Source: a virus (taxonomy: Duplodnaviria; Caudoviricetes). Taken from it: DNA of 55,711 nucleotides. Under the pieces are notes generated by a model. It worked only from the letters and a program-made list of their open reading frames with translations, searched no databases and had not been told where the DNA came from. The stretch lies in IMG/VR virus record IMGVR_UViG_3300032024_000424, positions 1 to 55,711 of that record, one strand, 5' to 3'. This document shows, piece by piece, positions 50,866 to 55,711 of this stretch (positions are counted from its first letter, which is position 1; the number at the start of each line of letters is the position of its first letter). Position numbers and translations under genes: made by a program.

Positions 50866-52901
50866 TGACCAGCACCGCGAGCAACCGCTGCTGCTGTGAC
50901 TGTACCGGCATGGGCCTGCCGATCTTCACCGATTGGAAGGTCAACCGGAGCAAGTGGCTCGATGCCGAGTCCTACGCCGTGGGCGACCTGGTCTTCTTGG
51001 GCAGCCCGGCGGTCTATTACGTCTGCCACCTCGCCCACATATCCGAAGCGGGCACGAACTCGCCGCCCAACGCGACCTACTGGACGGTCGCCGATCGGGC
51101 ACTCAAGTGCCTCTATATTGCAACCGCCGGCATCGGCCTGAAGGATTGCATCCCCCTGGTCGGGATCGAGGACGGCGAAGACCCGACCGCCACCGGAGCC
51201 CGCAACCGCCTGGCGCTGGCGAACGTGCAACTCAACGACAAGTGGCTGCTACGCCAGCGCAATCCCCGCGCGGACTCAAACGGTAACCAGAACACGATCC
51301 TGGCCACCTACGAAGGTGCGCTCGGCTCCGCCTGCTGGTGGCAGCACATCTGCGACTGCACCCGCGACATCTACACCGAGGTCACCACTGTCCAGACCCA
51401 GGTCGGGTTGATCACGGTGTGGACGGATTCCTACTCCTCATCCTTCATCATCCAGGTCGCCTTCACGCCCACGCCCCCGGAGCCCCCGGGGCCCCCGGGG
51501 GTGGAGGTCGTGATCGCCGGCAGCTTCACGCCCATGAGTTCGGGCGCGGACGGTGACCACGAACCCGACAAGCTCACCGACACGCCGTGCGTGCATCCGA
51601 CCCTCTGGACCAGTGTTTTTACGGAGTACTTCCGCGGCACGGCCAGCATCCCCGCGAACTGGATCGACGCTTACGGCGTGCCCACTTCCGACATCGTCAT
51701 ATCCAACCAGCATAGTTGTGCGGACATCGGCACCATCCTGGACCCCGGCGTGGTGCCGACCGGGCATTTCTTACCGATCGACCGATCGATCATCGCGGGC
51801 GGCGGCGGGACCGTCACGCTCACCGCGCCGTTCGCCCCCGGCTGGCAGAACACCATCGGCAACGCGGCGGTCAGTTGCGGCGCGGTGCCGGCGTGCGACG
51901 CGGGCGACCCGCCGGTGCCGCCGCCGCCTTGGTGTCCGGACTGCGGCCCCGGAGGCGGCGGGGGTGGTGGAGGGGGCGGCGGCGATATTCCTCCCCCGCC
52001 ACCCCCGCCGAGACGGCCCTGGCGCAAGCTCAATAAGTGTGACGGCGGCGGGTTCAGCGGCTTGTGGGTGTCGGGCGCGAGCTACGGCCGGGCGGGCATC
52101 GTCATCAAGGCCGACCTGGCCAGCGGTGAAACCTGCCTGGTCACCGGCGAGTTGCAAAACAGCGCCTGGCCGCCCGGGCCGCTGCTGAACAGCACAGTAC
52201 TGGGCATCTTCGACACCTGCGCCGACTGCGACCAGTGCTGGAAGCTCGTCGGCTGCCCGGGCTCGACCATGGGCACCGTCCACACCGACGTAGACCTGAG
52301 CGCCTGGGAAGGCCGGGTCGTCGAGGTCCTGAGCATCGACGGTGTGGATCAGGAAGGCCAATGCGCGACGGTCAGCAGCGCCAGCAACTGCCCGGAGACG
52401 CAGGACGCGATCATCGGCGCGACGCTCACCGGCTGCGACGACCCCGCGTGCGGGGCCTGCCAGTGCGGAGAGTGCTGTTACAAGACGAGCACGACGCTGG
52501 ATGTGAATTACACATCTTTCTTTGAATCCGAAGCAGGCACCACGACAACCACCATCACCGGCACGCTTGAAATGGGTGAGGCATGTGGCGTGTTTGGGGG
52601 GACGCTCACCAAGCACCAGGAGAAAACCGTGGCTAACGGTCCACCTCCTGAACCCACTCCCGACGTGGAGTTGGATGGGGCCGTGGTGTGGGTGGACTGC
52701 GGTAGCGCCGCGTGGAACTGGAACTCAGAATCAGGCCTGCCGGCCAAGGCTGATCTAACCAACAAGGTTAATAATGATGGTGCTATGCTGGACGAAGATT
52801 GCACCAGCCTTACCTACAACTTTGACGACGGCTTTCCCGTCGTATTTGGCCACAGCACCGAAGACCTCGCCCTCACGCCCAGCAACAGCTCATGTTCATA
52901 A
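50865..52901 (+). CDS. Cys-rich putative receptor-binding/fibre protein
   Basis: CCC N-terminus, CBM5/12-like W...Y..GD.V...YVC..AH.S...P...W, Pro/Gly linker, many CxxC. Confidence 0.6.
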   Translation: MTSTASNRCCCDCTGMGLPIFTDWKVNRSKWLDAESYAVGDLVFLGSPAVYYVCHLAHISEAGTNSPPNATYWTVADRALKCLYIATAGIGLKDCIPLVGIEDGEDPTATGARNRLALANVQLNDKWLLRQRNPRADSNGNQNTILATYEGALGSACWWQHICDCTRDIYTEVTTVQTQVGLITVWTDSYSSSFIIQVAFTPTPPEPPGPPGVEVVIAGSFTPMSSGADGDHEPDKLTDTPCVHPTLWTSVFTEYFRGTASIPANWIDAYGVPTSDIVISNQHSCADIGTILDPGVVPTGHFLPIDRSIIAGGGGTVTLTAPFAPGWQNTIGNAAVSCGAVPACDAGDPPVPPPPWCPDCGPGGGGGGGGGGGDIPPPPPPPRRPWRKLNKCDGGGFSGLWVSGASYGRAGIVIKADLASGETCLVTGELQNSAWPPGPLLNSTVLGIFDTCADCDQCWKLVGCPGSTMGTVHTDVDLSAWEGRVVEVLSIDGVDQEGQCATVSSASNCPETQDAIIGATLTGCDDPACGACQCGECCYKTSTTLDVNYTSFFESEAGTTTTTITGTLEMGEACGVFGGTLTKHQEKTVANGPPPEPTPDVELDGAVVWVDCGSAAWNWNSESGLPAKADLTNKVNNDGAMLDEDCTSLTYNFDDGFPVVFGHSTEDLALTPSNSSCS

Positions 52902-54130
52902 CCCGTCCCACCGCCGCCGAGTTTGAGTTTGATGGGTCGGCCCCGCCCGAGCCAACCGCTGCGGCATTGATCGTGGCGGGCATATGTGCCATGCACCGCG
53001 ACGGCTATACCCACACCCCGCCGGACCCCGGGTTCGACGTGTGCGTCGAACTGGACCCGGCCGGCCGCCGGGCGCGTAATGCCCTGGAAGTCAAGACCAG
53101 GTGGCTTTCCACGAACGACTGGCTGGCCGGCGGTGTTGTAGATCGGCTTCTGGATGTGCTGCGCCGCCAGGATGCAAAAATAGATCACCGGGCGGCGCTG
53201 CACGTTCGAGTTGAAGCGCCTGATTTGGTGTCCGATTGGGAACGGCTCAGAAGTTTAACGCACTTGGTCTATCACTATGAACACGTCATCTTCGGGCTGG
53301 TACACACCGAAGCTAAGCGGATGGGCAGTTGGTTAATGCCCAGCCTGACGCGGATCAACGCGTGCCGCACCGCTGCGAATTTCAAGGCCTACCTCGAAGG
53401 TTCGAGCCGGTGGCTGGGGATGAACGTGCGAGGCCTGCTCAGCAGCGAACGACCACACGTCGAGTTCCGATGGCGGCAAAGCACCCTGGACCACGGCGAT
53501 GCCGTGCTGTGGACTGCGCTGATGTGCCGGCTCGTGGACCACGCTGTTCATAATGACTGCCCGGCGCTGCCCCGAATCCACAACGACCGCGAAGCCCTGG
53601 ATTCGTTTATCCAGGCGCTCGGCCTGCCCGATCCGGAGGGGCGGGTTTTGCGCAGCATGTACCGGGTTGATCCGCCCCCGCCGCGCCCGCCGGCTTATCA
53701 AAAGCCGCGCTCCCAGGCTCCGCAGCCTCAAAACGCCAAGCCAGCCTCCGACACGGGCGCATCTCCGCCTAGACCCATACGAGAACACACACCCAGGCCG
53801 GGGGCGACACCGCCCCAGCCAGGCAAGACGCGCCAGACTTTGAACGTCATCCGCCATGCCGGCCACGCGGCACGCAGCGTCGCCAAAACCACCCTCGGCA
53901 TCGACCGGGCCAGTGAAGCACAGGTCGAAGCGCGGCTGAACGTCTGCCGTCAATGCCCGGGCGGACATGCGGTGTGGACCCCCGGGGGCCCCAGGGGCGG
54001 GGACGTGCATACCTGCGGACCGATGCTCCAGTCAATGCGCGACGCAGGCGAGGGAACCTGTGGCTGCATCCTCCATAAGAAAGCCCGCGATCGGGCCGAA
54101 GACTGCCCGTTCGGGTGGTGGTCGAAATGA
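52892..54130 (+). CDS. Amidoligase-like domain fused to a Cys-rich C-terminal domain
   Basis: EFE, LEV, LHVRV, EFR motifs; RLNVCRQC..CG..CGC..K....CP..W. Confidence 0.6.
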   Translation: MFITRPTAAEFEFDGSAPPEPTAAALIVAGICAMHRDGYTHTPPDPGFDVCVELDPAGRRARNALEVKTRWLSTNDWLAGGVVDRLLDVLRRQDAKIDHRAALHVRVEAPDLVSDWERLRSLTHLVYHYEHVIFGLVHTEAKRMGSWLMPSLTRINACRTAANFKAYLEGSSRWLGMNVRGLLSSERPHVEFRWRQSTLDHGDAVLWTALMCRLVDHAVHNDCPALPRIHNDREALDSFIQALGLPDPEGRVLRSMYRVDPPPPRPPAYQKPRSQAPQPQNAKPASDTGASPPRPIREHTPRPGATPPQPGKTRQTLNVIRHAGHAARSVAKTTLGIDRASEAQVEARLNVCRQCPGGHAVWTPGGPRGGDVHTCGPMLQSMRDAGEGTCGCILHKKARDRAEDCPFGWWSK

Positions 54131-54562
54131 TCCTGAACGCTGCGGCACACGGGAACCGTCAAACGATGAGACTTTGAGACTGATCGCGATAAGTCACACG
54201 CCACCCACTAATTGTAACGGTGCTTTTGATCTCATCGGGACAACTGGTGAACTCCCAGTTTAAACCTTCAAGCGTCCATCACACCTTAAACTCGAGGTCG
54301 TTTGAAGTGCCTGTCCGCCTCGCGACGAAGGTCATTCAGTTCGGACTCGATGCCGCGAACAACCCATCGAACTCCTTGACCGTCCGGCATTCTGCCCCAA
54401 TCCGCCCGTCCGGTTGCCCGGCGTAGACGTAGGCCACCATGGGTAGCCCAAAACCCAACTGCAAAGCTTCGTGGTCCATATTCCAGCAACCACACGGGGG
54501 GTCGCAGGCTGCCCATGGGACCTTTCTCTCCTCTCGTAGTCAAAGGCCCGTTCGCCGATTTT

Positions 54563-54617
54563 AGACAAAATGTCTCATACGGGCTTGACAATTAGTCGAT
54601 TGTTAGACAAAATGTCT
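54563..54617 (+). promoter_or_regulatory. higBA promoter with two palindromic operators
   Basis: AGACAAAATGTCT at 54563 and 54605; TTGACA (54585)-17 nt-CAAAAT (54608). Confidence 0.75.
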
Positions 54618-54619
54618 AT

Positions 54620-54922
54620 GTGCGGGTGATCAGCCTCAAGCCATTACGCGAGTTCTGGGAGCAGCACGCCGACGCCGAAACCCCGCTGAGGCAGTGGTAC
54701 AAGCTGGCCACCAACGCCCGGTGGGGGAACCTGCAGGAACTGCGGGCAGACCTTCCCCGGACCGACGGCGTGACCAACAAGCAGGGCGAGACGCTGACCG
54801 TGTTCAATATCGGCGGCAACAAGTACCGCCTGATCGCCCGCATCCGGTACGACTACCAGCTGATCAACGTCCGTGAGATTTTGACACACGCTGAGTACGA
54901 CAAAGAGAAGTGGAAGGATTGA
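54620..54922 (+). CDS. higB: HigB toxin
   Basis: MRVIS...LREFW, VFNIGGNKYRLI, THAEYDK. Confidence 0.93.
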   Translation: MRVISLKPLREFWEQHADAETPLRQWYKLATNARWGNLQELRADLPRTDGVTNKQGETLTVFNIGGNKYRLIARIRYDYQLINVREILTHAEYDKEKWKD

Positions 54923-54926
54923 CACC

Positions 54927-55349
54927 ATGGGCAAGACCCGGCACGACCAAGAAAAGCTGCCCGGCCGCTTCGAGGAGTTGGTCCGGTTGATGCCGCCCCA
55001 GGCGATTGCCGACGACATCCAACTCGATAACGCGATCGAGATGATTGACCGTCTCATGGCTATCCCGAAGCTGACCAAGGGACAGGCTCTCTACCTCGAA
55101 ACCCTCACGCAGCTCGTAGGGGTTTATGAGTCCGAACATCACACCATCGATACGAACGGGATCAGCGGATTGGATTCGCTCAAGCATCTGCTAGAGGAGA
55201 ACGGCATGAGCGGCGCCGACCTCGCCAAGCTGCTCGGCGTCCACGCCAGCATGGGATCGAAGATCATCAAGGGTGAACGGAACCTCACCGCGGACCATCT
55301 CCGGAAACTGACCGAGCGGTTCCATGTGCAGGCGTCGCTATTTCTCTGA
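54927..55349 (+). CDS. higA: HigA antitoxin (HTH)
   Basis: L..LV..YE.EH, LKHLLEE.GMS..DLA, S.I..G.R.LT. Confidence 0.9.
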   Translation: MGKTRHDQEKLPGRFEELVRLMPPQAIADDIQLDNAIEMIDRLMAIPKLTKGQALYLETLTQLVGVYESEHHTIDTNGISGLDSLKHLLEENGMSGADLAKLLGVHASMGSKIIKGERNLTADHLRKLTERFHVQASLFL

Positions 55350-55350
55350 T

Positions 55351-55529
55351 TTACTGATCCCCAGATACGCTTTCTTCGTCCGATCGCACTTGGGACGGGT
55401 TCGTATTTGGCTGGTTACGCCTTTGCGAAGCGGTGGCGTGTAGGACCGCTCTTTCGTGAAGCCTAATCACGCCCCGTGCTAACAGATCCACAATCTTCGC
55501 ATGGACTTCCTCGGGGTCATTGTTGTATT
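55351..55529 (-). pseudogene. Small gene interrupted by IS66
   Basis: EEVHAKIVDLLARGVIRL reading frame runs into the IS end. Confidence 0.4.
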
Positions 55530-55711
55530 GTAAGCGTTCTGTGAACCCACCTTCCCTTCCGTGACTTGAGCGGTCATGCTTGCGGGTCATGAGCAAGTAC
55601 GAGCGTGACGCGGACAAGGAGGCGTTCTGGCGGCTGGCGCTGGGCGAGCAGCGGGACGGCGGGCTGAGCGGGCGTGCGTTCTGTGCTCGGAAGGGGTTGA
55701 CGGAGAGCAAC
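55530..55711 (+). mobile_element. IS66-family element, left end (truncated by window)
   Basis: Terminal GTAAGCGTTCTGTGAACCCACCTT followed by a TnpA-like ORF. Confidence 0.85.
55589..55711 (+). CDS. tnpA: IS66 TnpA accessory protein (partial)
   Basis: MSKYERDADKEAFWR...GLSGRAFCARKGL. Confidence 0.8.
   Translation, partial: MSKYERDADKEAFWRLALGEQRDGGLSGRAFCARKGLTESN

Noticed and set aside
50865-54130. Diversity-generating retroelement at the tail tip
   Set aside because: No reverse transcriptase and no TR/VR pair seen.

Overview
High-GC temperate prophage or integrative element. The gene set resembles Planctomycetota prophages; host assignment is inference. Layout left to right: DUF2924 plus large serine recombinase (1-2494); minus-strand type I R-M cargo with AlbA/HATPase and RhuM genes (2502-11925); ImmA/sigma regulatory block; recombination and replication module (14346-27213); intein-containing ParB-methyltransferase; small minus-strand genes; lambda-like terminase, portal, capsid and siphovirus tail genes (33742-54130); HigBA; and the left end of an IS66. 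Main discovery: three GGY-NN pentamer arrays (18225, 20498, 27788), two of them directly upstream of paralogous Cas7/RAMP-like genes, matching the recently reported VIPR architecture as I recall it. Read as NN-x-NN-x (codon positions 1-2), each array spells a family-typical peptide of the adjacent phage gene: AVEKIEPFRCGVW, SAICHAVGVMQPK and VIIAGHTRWKAA. The resident alleles differ at exactly those sites, which suggests wobble-tolerant, RNA-guided allelic exclusion or homing against related phages. A second unexplained signal is a CCCCCGGA motif, dispersed and tandemly amplified in frame inside many genes. All family assignments are from motif recognition by eye, not database searches.
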